DNA of 64,000 bases from contig OZ024742.1 of assembly GCA_964016885.1 (NCBI GenBank), positions 22,816,001-22,880,000 of the forward strand, read 5' to 3'. The DNA is from Eledone cirrhosa. Taxonomy: Eukaryota. The first letter of the stretch is position 1. Each line of letters begins with the position of its first letter. Positions 11,031 through 22,900 of this stretch are shown here, one piece after another. Below the pieces are notes generated by a model. The model was given only the letters and a program-made list of their open reading frames with translations. It was not told the DNA's origin and made no database searches. Made by a program: the position numbers and the translations under genes.

Positions 11031-13500
11031 AACAGTTGAACAGCTGCGCTTGGCTCTAAGAAAAACCAGCAAATGGAAATCCCCAGGAAAAGACAAAATA
11101 CAAAACTTTTGGATAAATGCCTTCACAGAGTCTCATGAGCTGTTAGCTCAACTTTACAATGAAATAGTTAAGGAGCCAGAAAAGATACCATCATGGCTAG
11201 TTAACGGCATTACATTCCTGCTACCGAAGAATGATGAGACAAACAATCCCGAAAATTACAGACCGATAACCTGCTTGACCACAATGTATAAAATTTTAAC
11301 ATCAGTCCTAACTGAATACACATATGACCACCTGATAACAAATGACCTATTTCCCATTGAGCAGAAAGGGTGTAAACGAGGCTCATATGGCTGTAAGGAT
11401 CAGCTTCTGGTTAACAAAATGATACTGGAAGATTGTCATAATAGACACAAAAATCTATCGATTGCTTGGATAGATTATAAAAAAGCATTCGATAGTTTGC
11501 CACACAGTTGGATTGAAAAATGTTTAGAGATTTTCAAAATATCCCCCGTTGTCAGGAGGTTTTTGTCATTCAGTATGAGGACATGGAGAACGACACTCCT
11601 TTTGAATAGTGAAACAAAATCACTGGAAGCTGGAGAAGTTAACATTAATTGTGGAATTTTTCAGGGTGACTCTTTATCCCCGCTTTTATTCTGCATCGCA
11701 CTTATACCATTAAGTAAAATGCTCAATGAAACAAAACATGGATATAGAGTCTATGACAAAACCATTAATCACCTGTTCTACATGGATGACCTGAAACTAT
11801 TTGCAAAAAATGATGAACAATTGCAAGGGCTATTATCCACTGTGAAGCAGTTCAGTGATGACATTAAAATGGAGTTTGGACTGGATAAATGCGCCAAAGC
11901 AACGTTCACCAGAGGAAAGCTGCTGAAGAGTTCAGACATTAATCTTGGTCGGGGGAACGTGATAAGAGAGGTTGATCAAGAAAAAACTTACAAATATCTA
12001 GGTGTTTGTGAAGGAGACGGAATCAAGCACTCGACAATGAGGGAAAGGATAAGGAAGGAATGTTACCGCAGAGTCAGAGCAATCTTAAGAACGGAATTGA
12101 ATGCAAGGAATAGGATCGATGCCATAAACACGCTTGCCATACCAGTAGTAACCTACAGTTACAATGTCATCAACTGGTCAAGCACAGAGATCCGTAGGCT
12201 CGATACAAAAATCCGAAAATTCTTAACCATGCACAGAATGCATCACCCTAAGGCAGACATAGATAGAATATATCTCCCTAGGAAAGAGGGTGGACGTGGG
12301 TTAATCCAGTTAGACATTGCGTTGAAAACTGCAACAATTGGATTATCCACATATCTAAGGGAATCACATGATTGGATGATCAAACTCGTTTTGAAACACG
12401 AAAGCACCAAAAGATCATATTCCATTACAAAAGATGCACAAAGATACAGTAATGGACTACAAATTTCAGAAGTCCCATTTACTGCTGAAATGGAAAACAC
12501 AGAAAAAGCAAAGCAGGTAAAAGTAACTGCAAAGAAAGAACTGCTACAGAAACTGGCTAAGAAATGGCAAGAAAAGCCTCTGTATGGAAAATACCCAGAG
12601 CCAGCTAACAATCCTGATGTTGACAAAACTTTAACCCATCAGTGGTTGGCATCCTCTGGACTGAAATCGGAGACTGAAGGATTGATTATATCGGCACAAG
12701 ATCAGTGTCTGCCAACAAAAAATTACCAAGCCAACATAATAAAAAATGGGTGCTGCCCATTATGCCGTGTATGCAAAAAACAACCAGAGACCATTGACCA
12801 TATAATTTCAATGTGCAGTCCTATAGCTCCAACCGAATACCTAAACAGGCATGACAGAGCTGTACAATACATACATTGGATAATGTGTAAGCATTTTGAC
12901 CTGCCCCATCAAAAGAATTGGTGGGAGCATCAACCACCTCCCATACTTGAAAAAGATCACATCTCAATCTTGTGGAACTTTAGCATCCAAACAGACCGAA
13001 AAATAGATGCAAATAGACCTGATATAATATTGAAGGACTTTCAAAGGAGGGTATGCCTGCTAATTGATATGTCTGTTCCAATAGACAAGAATGTATCTAT
13101 AAAAACATTTGAAAAATTGAGCAAGTATAAGGACCTGGAGATAGAAATTGGAAAAATGTGGAAATTGAGAACTAAAACAATACCAGTGGTTGTAGGCGCT
13201 CTGGGAATGATACCTAAGGGGTCTAACGACTACTTATCGCAAATCCCAGGAAACCCGCGTATAGGAGAAATACAAAAGATAGTACTAATGGGAACTGCCC
13301 ATATACTAAGGAAGATCCTGTCAATATAAGTACATCACAAGTCTAAACACTAAGGATGCATGTGTGAATATGTATGTTCTTTCTTGAACATGGCGGACCT
13401 TGTTGTCTCTTGAGGTCACTGGTTGTGACTTGGTGATAACTCGTATGAACATAAAGCAAGATAAATGCAAATAATAATAATAATAATGATAATAATAATG
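11031..13500 (+). mobile_element. 3' segment of the second R4/Dong-like LINE, with (TAA)n tail
   Basis: Contains the uninterrupted RT-RLE frame, followed by a 3' UTR and (TAA)n at 13471-13500. Confidence 0.95.
11050..13329 (+). CDS. Reverse transcriptase, CCHC zinc knuckle and restriction-like endonuclease (R4/Dong-like), N-terminally truncated by inversion
   Basis: 759-aa open frame with NYRPITCL, IDYKKAFD, QGDSLSP, YMDD, CRVCKKQPETIDHIISMC and RPD..IDMSVP..KLSKY. It has no native start codon. Confidence 0.9.
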   Translation: MALRKTSKWKSPGKDKIQNFWINAFTESHELLAQLYNEIVKEPEKIPSWLVNGITFLLPKNDETNNPENYRPITCLTTMYKILTSVLTEYTYDHLITNDLFPIEQKGCKRGSYGCKDQLLVNKMILEDCHNRHKNLSIAWIDYKKAFDSLPHSWIEKCLEIFKISPVVRRFLSFSMRTWRTTLLLNSETKSLEAGEVNINCGIFQGDSLSPLLFCIALIPLSKMLNETKHGYRVYDKTINHLFYMDDLKLFAKNDEQLQGLLSTVKQFSDDIKMEFGLDKCAKATFTRGKLLKSSDINLGRGNVIREVDQEKTYKYLGVCEGDGIKHSTMRERIRKECYRRVRAILRTELNARNRIDAINTLAIPVVTYSYNVINWSSTEIRRLDTKIRKFLTMHRMHHPKADIDRIYLPRKEGGRGLIQLDIALKTATIGLSTYLRESHDWMIKLVLKHESTKRSYSITKDAQRYSNGLQISEVPFTAEMENTEKAKQVKVTAKKELLQKLAKKWQEKPLYGKYPEPANNPDVDKTLTHQWLASSGLKSETEGLIISAQDQCLPTKNYQANIIKNGCCPLCRVCKKQPETIDHIISMCSPIAPTEYLNRHDRAVQYIHWIMCKHFDLPHQKNWWEHQPPPILEKDHISILWNFSIQTDRKIDANRPDIILKDFQRRVCLLIDMSVPIDKNVSIKTFEKLSKYKDLEIEIGKMWKLRTKTIPVVVGALGMIPKGSNDYLSQIPGNPRIGEIQKIVLMGTAHILRKILSI

Positions 13501-13868
13501 ATTTCATTTATTAGCCACCAGGGCCGACATGTAGGGGACAAATAATATTAATGATAATAACAAGAGCAATAACAACAACAATATCGACAGCCACAACAGT
13601 AACAGGAACAACAAGAACAGAAGTTTTGAAAGAATGTAAATCGGTTGTACAAAATATAGTACTTTGTACGAATTATGGCAGATGTTAAAAAAAATGTATA
13701 TAATTTGTGTCACTACACAAACAATGAATTCAGTTGATTAATGACAATGGCTATGTGATTGCGTGGCAAAAAAGTGTTAAAACGAAAGCCGCCATCACTG
13801 ATCATTAAAAAAATTAATCCCCTTTCGTTTCGTTATGTAAATGATGTATATATATATATATTATGATG

Positions 13869-13930
<62 letters not shown>

Positions 13931-14069
13931 GATGTATGTATATATTATACGTATATTATATATATATATACGGATATTTTATATATATATATATTTGTGT
14001 CTACACAGACACAGACACACACACATGCATACACACGCACACATATATATTTACATACCTACATACATG

Positions 14070-14150
<81 letters not shown>

Positions 14151-15396
14151 TTAACGTTCCGATAAAATAAACTACCAGTAATACACTGGCTAATTGCTGG
14201 CCTTGTGCCTAACGTAGAAACAATTATATAACCACAATTTTCTCCCTTCAGTGTGCATTAAACATCATGGAATATAATATGTTTCAAATTGCATAGTTCT
14301 GACATAAAAGTATTTTCTGTGATGCTATAAAGCTGGCTTTTCAGTATGTGTTTATGTCTTTACAGGGTGGAATTAGTGCAAACTTAATTATATAGGCCAG
14401 CTTTGAAAAAAGTAAATAAAATACGTGTTTTCTTTTGTTTTGCATTACTTTTGTTATATATAAATATTTCTTTTCATTGGCTGCATAAATTCTTTGTGGT
14501 TTTCGCTTCGACTCTCTGCACTCAGTGTTCAAATTCCATCTAGACCAGAGTTCAAATTCCACCTAGGTCTGAGTTCAAATTCCACCTATTTCAGCTTTGC
14601 TTTTTGTTCATTTGAGGTCGATAAAAGAAGAGCCAGCCCAGTGGTATGGCTGATTCTTCTGTTCTTGAAATGTAGGTGTAAGTAGCTCAGCGTAATGTCT
14701 TCTCCGTCATGTCGGCTTGGGTCAGGAGGTGGACTGAGCCTTAAGTTTAATTTACAGTAGTGGCATGTGGCTTAACTTTACTTGCTTTTTAATGTGTAGA
14801 TAATTTGAATATTGGTGGGAGGGAAAGTCGATCGAATCAACTCCAGTATCTCAATGGTACTTTATTCTATCGACCCCGTAAGGATGAAACGCAAACTAAC
14901 CTCGGTGGGATTTTAACTCAGAACGCAATGGGACGTAACTCTATGCCGTGAAGCATGTTGTTTGACGCTCTACCGTCCTAGACACTTTGAATAATAAAGT
15001 AATAAATCACTGCATAAACAGCAGGAAATGGCTGAGGAGTAACTGTTAGGGAGATTCGGCGTGACACAGTATGCAACAGGGCTAGCACTTTGAATTAAAG
15101 GTACAGTCCATTCGACGGGTTTTGTAACAGTTTTCCCTGTCCCTGTGTCACCCACATGGCATAGCACGACAACCTGACGTTATGTTAAATGATATCTGAC
15201 CAAGATGCCACGCAATGCGATCATTATAAAAAAAGAAATCGATCTACAAGTTACCAGACCTCATTCCCTTACGGAGTGGGGTGGATGTCGGCCCTTATGG
15301 AGTGGGGTGGACCTCGGCCAATCTGACCAAGGAAACAATGTTTCCATTAGTTTTCTATTGCTAATATTATCTACCGGTGTCAATATGTAATAAATG

Positions 15397-15645
15397 TGAA
15401 GGCCCATGGCTTAGTTGTTAGAGCATTGGGCTTGCAATCGAAAGGTTGTGAGTTCAATTCTCGGACCGGGTGATATGTTGTTTCCTTGAGCAAGACACTT
15501 TATTTCCCGTTGCTCCAGTTTACTCAGCTGTAGAAATGAGATGATAGTACTGGGGTCCATATCATTAAATCATCCAAGACACCTCCAACGAGACATACCT
15601 TGGAGGAGGCCAGCTAAACCTGCCTAGGTGTGAACTGACACACAC
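15397..15645 (+). mobile_element. tRNA-derived SINE, family B (CORE-like central domain, CA tail)
   Basis: Head TGGCTTAGTTGTTAGAGC..GAGTTCAATTC and centre CCTTGAGCAAGACACTTTATTTC. Other copies lie at 15780-16037(-), 23985-24115, 24220-24370, 24628-24880(-), 42060-42330, 52090-52230 and 53810-53962(-). Confidence 0.85.
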
Positions 15646-17390
15646 ACACACACACACCTACACACACACACACACAATATGTCATAAAAAAACAACTATT
15701 TCTGGGGTTTTTTAATACAACAGAGACAACCTAGAAAAATTATGGATTTCCCACCCAGTCGCTTATTCTCCACCCCCTATTGTGTGTGACAGCTCACACC
15801 TATGCAGGTTTAGTTGGCCTCCTCCAATCCAAGATATATCTCGTTGGAGGTGTCTTGGGTAATTTAATGATAGGGATCCCAGTCCTATCTTCTCATTTCT
15901 ACAGCTGAGTACACTGCAGCAACGTGAAATAAAGTGTCTTGCTACAGAAAAGAACATATCACCTGGTCCGAGAAACGAACTCACAACCTTTCGATTCCAA
16001 GCCCGATGCTCTAACCACTAAGCCATGCGCCTTCACTATTTGGGATGGGACTCAAAAGTAATTGTTTCAAATTTTGGCACAAGGCCAGCAATTATCCCAG
16101 TGCATTACTGGTACTTTATTTTATATACCCCGTAAGGATGAAAGGTAAAGTTAACCTCGGCGGGATTTGAACTCAGATCATAAAGGGCCGTCCTTCTCTG
16201 CTGCAAAGTATGGCGTCCGTCCCTCTACCGATACTGCCAATCCACCGCCTTACGGACCTGAAAGTAAAGATTGCGAAACGAACTTCTAAACATTTCAACC
16301 TAGGAAGAATATGTCTGAACAATTCAGCCATGCTACTTCAAGCTTAAAAACAATACGTGTCAACCTAATGAGGGAACACTTTCAGAATTGATCTGCTCGA
16401 TCAGTGTTGGGCTTGGGTTAAATAACTACAACTATGAAGTTTATTATATGAATTCAAGTCCACTCCAGTTTGATACAGACTCCAATGTTCTCTAACTGCG
16501 TAGACAGAAAAAACACTGAACACTACAGTTGATCGACTTCATTCTTTACCGTGTTTATTCAGTTCAAACGTATTCAACTATGAATGTTTTGTTTTCTGGT
16601 CAACTATGATATTTTATGATGAATACTATTTCAACAATGACTCCATGGTATTTATCTGAGAATTCATAAAACCCTATACTGAAGACTTGAAGAAATATGT
16701 TGTCTACTGTATTTATATATTTATTTGTTTACATATAATGAAATGTTATACTTCCGTGCAGAAGATACATTTATTGTTTTTTAAAAGATGTGTACATGTC
16801 TGACATAGTTGACAACTGCAGCTCACCCGTGGACATTTTCACCAGTAAAAAATGTTACTAACACTAAAAAGAATCCTCATTTAGTAAATATATTTGTGGT
16901 ATCAGTATGAGGCCCCTGTGTTATTTATATTGGTGTTTTAGCAATAAACAATGTCGAAAAAAACCCGACCTATCATAAGATATATATTACTTTAGGTTCG
17001 TTTTCTAAATCCTCCATGGCGTGTTTGCAGTAGCACTCATACGGTATTGTATAGTATTGTAAACTAAATATAAATATACACAGTGTAACTAAATATTCAG
17101 GAAATGCACTGTATAGTAGGATTTGTAAAGGATTCCATTAAAGAGAATTTTACTATAAGAATCTTACAAAGCGACGAGCGAAATTTAGCTATAATTTCTC
17201 TTTAAAACTCAACATAAGAAGCTAAATATGCTACCTATTTAGTCATGATTATAAATGATGATTAAGTGCATTTATTATTTATTTTTAATAGAGGGGGTTT
17301 GAATGAAGGCGTTGGAGAATAATATTTAATAGTATTTGTGTAAAGATTCCTTTTAGTACACACAGACCCACACGCCCACGTACACAAACA

Positions 17391-17762
<372 letters not shown>

Positions 17763-18089
17763 TATGTATCGTTTCATTTTTTCCGTTTATATATATATAT
17801 ATATTTCCGTTTATATATATATATATATTTATGTTCATCGATTTCAGGGACTTGACTCCTTCTTCCTCACTTTTCGTTGCATTACCATTTTTGTTTGTTT
17901 ACTGTCTCGCTCGTTCTCCCTATTTATGTGTCCCAACGACTTTCTTAAGCCGTTGCTCGCACCAACCAGAGGTATATGGTCTTTAAAGCAATGAAATACC
18001 AATGAACGTTGGAAGATCACTGATGAAGGACTAAATTTATTCATATGTAACCCATTTGCAACCACGCAGCACGCCATGTTTTCATATTT

Positions 18090-18139
<50 letters not shown>

Positions 18140-18140
18140 G

Positions 18141-18655
18141 TAATAATAATAAATTTGACGACTAAAATCCAAAGAGGGCTCGATAAGGATAAATATATAT
18201 CAAATATATAAAAACCGTAGAGCAAATATTTATTAAAATAACAGATTAAAGTTTAAGCAAAGAATCGCTGCTTTCACCCTTAACGGGATCTTCTGAAACT
18301 AACAAAGTCAATCGTTGAATATTGATAATATGACGTATTATCTTCGTTTTTTCCGTTCATTGCCAGAGAATGTCTCTATGAACCACCTAATAGAATATTA
18401 GTCTACGACTTCTTTTATACCATAAACGTGGTTTTGTCTTTGCGTGTAATTGTTTTTCACCGCTCCAAATAATGACGTATTATATTCGTTTCTTTTTCGT
18501 TTTTTGCCAGGGAACGTTTCCACGAACCAAGTCTTCCTCCGGTTGCAACATTCTTTGAAATATTCACTTCTGCGTTCACAGATTGACTTTGTTAGTTTCA
18601 GAAGATCCCGTTAAGGGTGAAAGCAGCGATTCTTTGCTTAAACTTTAATCTGTTA

Positions 18656-18662
<7 letters not shown>
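18141..18662. mobile_element. Non-coding fold-back element in (TA)n with variant HHR-like motifs in both arms (family also at 28898-29105 and 44108-44345)
   Basis: 18232-18312 is the reverse complement of 18581-18662. The motif is AGTTT-CAGAAGA-tCCCgttaaGGGt-GAAAGCA..TGCTT-AAACT. Confidence 0.75.
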
Positions 18663-18711
<49 letters not shown>

Positions 18712-18719
18712 TACACGGG

Positions 18720-20795
18720 TGTGTATGATTGTGTATAGAAGATTATATTAATAAAAGGAATTCCAACTTTGTCTGATTTACTCGTTTTATTTACAATTCT
18801 TTAAAATTATAATGATATGATAATGAAATAGTATGGTAGAATATTAAATGTTAAATGTTAATTGAACAAGTACTTTCATGCTTTTGCAATCTTCAGGTTC
18901 ATATTCAGTGGTGAGAGTCAAGTTGACTGTAATGAGATGGGTAAAATCTGTGCCTTATATACAGCAAAAAGGGGCTAGAGAATGCTAAGTTTTGTAAACT
19001 GTATTTCGACCAATCGGTGTGTAGTTTCACTAAATTACTAAAGCTGATTGGTTTCGGCGTCACGGTTGGTTGAGCATGTCTAACGACATCTATTTGACCC
19101 TATCCAAAGCATCAATTGTTTTGCTATTTTTAGCAATGATGAAAATAGCATTTTCTAGGGTTTTTATGAAAAATCTTCAGTAATTATCAACATCAACATA
19201 ACTTTTATTATTATCATTGTTGTTGTTGTTAGTGGTGATAGTCGACATGGTCATAGGCGTAGTCATAGTAGAAGTAATACCTCTAAGCATTATTACGGTA
19301 GAGGGTCGGACGCCATGCTTTGACGCATAGAGCTACGGCCCTTGCAATTGTGAGTTCAAATCCCGCCGAGGTTAATTTGCCTTTCAACCTTACGGGGTCG
19401 ATAAAATAGAGTACCAGTAATGTACTGGGTAATTTGCTGGCCTTGTGCCAAATGTAGAAACAATTATTATTGTTCATTTAGCTTGGGTTGGAATTTATCA
19501 ATACAATTCTTTTCTTGAATTTTTCTCTTGATATCACTTGGGCTGTGTAGTTTGTTGAATGGAAATATTATAAATATTTTCTGACCATATGTTGCTAGAT
19601 GGTTACTCAGGGGTATCTGACGGACATTTGGGTCTCTGATTTGCTGTCGGCGCACTCGTGTACGTTCCAATAGTGTATTTCCAGTTTGACCGACATAGTT
19701 CTTCACAATTCGGGCATTTAATGCAGTAAATTAGATTTCTGCTTTTGCAGTTCATATTTGCATTTGGGAATATTTTTCCAATTTTTGTGTTCATATATTG
19801 ACCAGTATGTATGAATTGACATGTCCCACATCGACTATCATTGCATTTAGATACAGTGAATGATTGGTTTTTGTTGTTAAGGTCAAACTTTGCCTTTGTT
19901 AGTAACTGCCTCAATTTTTTCGGCTGTCTTTTACTAAGAATCAAAGCTCGGTCTGTGATTAAACCTTTTAATTCATTACTTTGAGCAAAGATTGGTAGGT
20001 TTGCTTTGGCAGTGTTGAAGATATTCTATGACACGGGTTGTGTGTCTTTATAAATGGTATGACCAGTTCTTGGTTTCTTCTTGCTTGGGTTGTCCTAAGT
20101 TGTTGTATAGGTATTTTTATAGCCCGCTGTATGCCATTTTCTATAAGTAGAGATGGGTATTTTTGTTTGAGCAAAAATTCTCTCAGTTCTGGTAGGCGTT
20201 TGATCCTGCTATTCGTATCTTCTACAAGGGTACACATTCTTCTGGCTAGGCAGTATGGGATGTTGCGTTTTGTATGAGGTGGATGGCACGACTTAAAATT
20301 CAGATATTGATGGGTGTCTGTGTGTTTATAGTATATATCCGTGGTAATGGTGGTATCGTTTTTGATTACCATTATATCTAGGAATGGTAATTTGGTACTA
20401 TTCATCTCTTTTGTAAATTGGAGAGATGGGTGTAGGTTATTCAGGAGGATACTGAACTTATCCAGTCTATCTAGATATTCTGCCCAGTTGATGAAACAGT
20501 CGTCAAGGTATTTCTTCCAAGACTTTTCAATGTACTTTCTAAATTCAGTGCTATATTTTTCCTCTATTTCTTGGTAGAGTTGTTGTTCTAAGTATTCCAT
20601 TACAGAGTTCTCGTAAACGCGAGCAGACTTCGTTTCCATCGTTGTGCCTCTAATTTGGATGTAATTCTTTCCATTGAAGAAGAAAGTGTTGGTTTCCGGG
20701 GTTTTGGGAAGATGGAACAGGAAGTCGATATCGTCCCGGATGAAACTGGATATGCGAATACATAGTGGTTTCAAAATAATGTCAACAAAATTGCT
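18720..20795 (-). mobile_element. 5'-truncated Penelope-like element (RT, Cys linker, GIY-YIG) with a 3' HHR; SINE inserted at 19285-19470
   Basis: ORFs 19968-20774 (YLDDCF, LPFLDI, YYKHTDTHQYL..SCHP), 19603-19944 (CNDSRCGTC, NLIYCIKCPNC) and 19467-19706 (YVGQTG..R). Confidence 0.9.
18863..18901 (-). ncRNA. Minimal type I hammerhead ribozyme in the PLE 3' region
   Basis: UGAAC-CUGAAGA-uUGCaaaaGCAu-GAAAGuaCUU|GUUCA. Helix I is 5 bp and stem III is palindromic. Confidence 0.8.
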
Positions 20796-20837
20796 TAGAC
20801 GGTGGGTAGAGCAGCCATTTCTATATTAAATAAATAT

Positions 20838-20929
<92 letters not shown>

Positions 20930-20941
20930 ATATACATATAT

Positions 20942-21008
<67 letters not shown>

Positions 21009-21104
21009 GTGCGTATGTATATATTATATATGTATGCGTATATATATATATACATTTATATATGTGTATGTAGAAGCCATTTCTATATAAATATATATAT
21101 AATA

Positions 21105-21179
21105 CATATAAGTATGTATACGTACATACATATATGTATACATACGTACAGTAGTATGTATATATATACATACATGCAC

Positions 21180-21215
<36 letters not shown>

Positions 21216-21772
21216 CTACGTATGGATTTACCGAGCATTTATTATAATGCTCGGTTTGTTTGTAAACAAACATCCCGAATTAAGCTGTACAGGAACGATG
21301 TACTAGTTTCAAGCTTATTAACTATCGTCAGCATCGTATACCTTCCTGCCAGATGATTGAACGTCTGAAAGTATATACTTTCCTTATGCATATTAACAAC
21401 TGAGCAGCCGAATTTGCATATCGAGTGAGTTAATCGGCCGGGCGCACCGAAAACGATAAATGGAAAAAATGAAACGAAATTTCATTTCTCACTCTTAGTA
21501 CGGCTGTTACTTAAATGTAAGTATGTATGTATACGTACATACATATATATATACAGACTTAATTCAGGACGTTTGTTTACAAACAAACCGAGCATTATAA
21601 TAAATGGTCGGTAAATCCATACGTACATATATATATATATGTGCATGTATGTATATATATATATACATACTACTGTACGTCTGTATACATATATGTATGC
21701 ACGAATACATATTTATATTTAAGTAACAGCCGTACTAAGAGTGAGAAATGAAATTTCGTTTCATTTTTTCCT
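21105..21772 (-). mobile_element. Non-coding, terminally redundant unit of about 415 nt with an HHR plus an inverted partial copy
   Basis: The unit 21105-21547 has repeated ends (AGTATGTATACGTACATACATATA). 21550-21772 is an inverted copy spanning the unit junction. Confidence 0.7.
21295..21337 (-). ncRNA. Minimal type I hammerhead ribozyme
   Basis: ACGAUG-CUGACGA-uAGUUaauaAGCUu-GAAACuaGUA|CAUCGU. Helix I is 6 bp and stem III is the palindrome ACUAGU. Confidence 0.85.
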
Positions 21773-21785
21773 TCTATATATATAT

Positions 21786-21853
<68 letters not shown>

Positions 21854-22223
21854 AGAGAGAGAGAGAGAGAGGGGGGGGAGATATATAGAGAGAGAGTGTG
21901 TGTGTGTGTGTGAGAGAGAGAGAGTACATTCGGTTCTAATATGCTCACATATATAATGTGAGATATTTTTGTGTGTGATTGTTTTATAGACTTGTGTACT
22001 TCAGTACACTTAACATGCACCGAGGAAGGATTCAATACTGTCTGTAAAGTCAAAATAGTATTTATTATTAATATTGACTGTTTACATAGAAATTTTGCCG
22101 ATATTGGCTTCTCAAATCAGAATCTGTATTGAGAAGCCATAATCGGGGAATCTTCGATGTAAACAGGTAATGTGAGTAATAAATATTATAGGCACGCAAA
22201 CAGAAACATATAGACTCGGGCAA

Positions 22224-22703
22224 ATGCACACACACACACACACACACTCTCTCTTTCTCTCTGCCGGTCTCTCTCTATCTCTCACATACACAAGCAAGTA
22301 CACACACACACACACACACACACACTCTCTCTTTCTCTCTGCCGTTCTCTCTCCCGGTCTCTCTCTATCTCTCACATACACAAGCAAGTACACACACACA
22401 CACACACACACACTCTCTCTCTCTCTGCCGTTCTCTCTCCCGTTCTCTCTCTATCTCTCACATACACAAACAAACCCCCACACACGCACTCTCTCTCTCT
22501 ATATATATATCTCTCTCTGTCTCTCCCGTTCTCTCTCTCTCCTGTACTCTCTCCCGTTCTCTCTCTATCTCTCACATACACAAACAAACACACACACACA
22601 CACACATACACACATACACATACACACACACACACACTCTCTCTCTCTGTCTCTCCCGTACTCTCTTCCGTTCTCTCTCTATCTCTCTCATACACACAAG
22701 CAA

Positions 22704-22750
<47 letters not shown>

Positions 22751-22900
22751 CTCTCTCTCTCTCTCCCGTTCTCTCACTATCTCTCACATACACAAGCAAA
22801 CACAAACACACACACACAGTCTCTCTCTCACATATACAGACAAAAACACACAATCACACTCTCTCACCGCCCACACACAAACATACACACATATATACAT
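22224..22900. repeat. Compound (CA)n/(CT)n minisatellite with a recurring CCGTTCTCTCTCTATCTCTCACATACAC unit
   Basis: Several imperfect copies, read directly. Confidence 0.85.

Noticed and set aside
15403-15470. tRNA-like sequences with A and B boxes
   Set aside because: They are SINE heads continuing into SINE bodies, without a complete cloverleaf, so they are not tRNA genes.
16675-16710. CTGAAGA..GAAAT..GTC resembling an HHR (similar partial hits near 18020, 33460, 43421 and 63840)
   Set aside because: Helices I, II and III cannot all be formed, and there is no repeat context.
19467-19944. Possible selenocysteine read-through or programmed frameshift in the PLE GIY-YIG region
   Set aside because: The break near 19705 is a simple indel among several others, and no TGA aligns with a conserved Cys.
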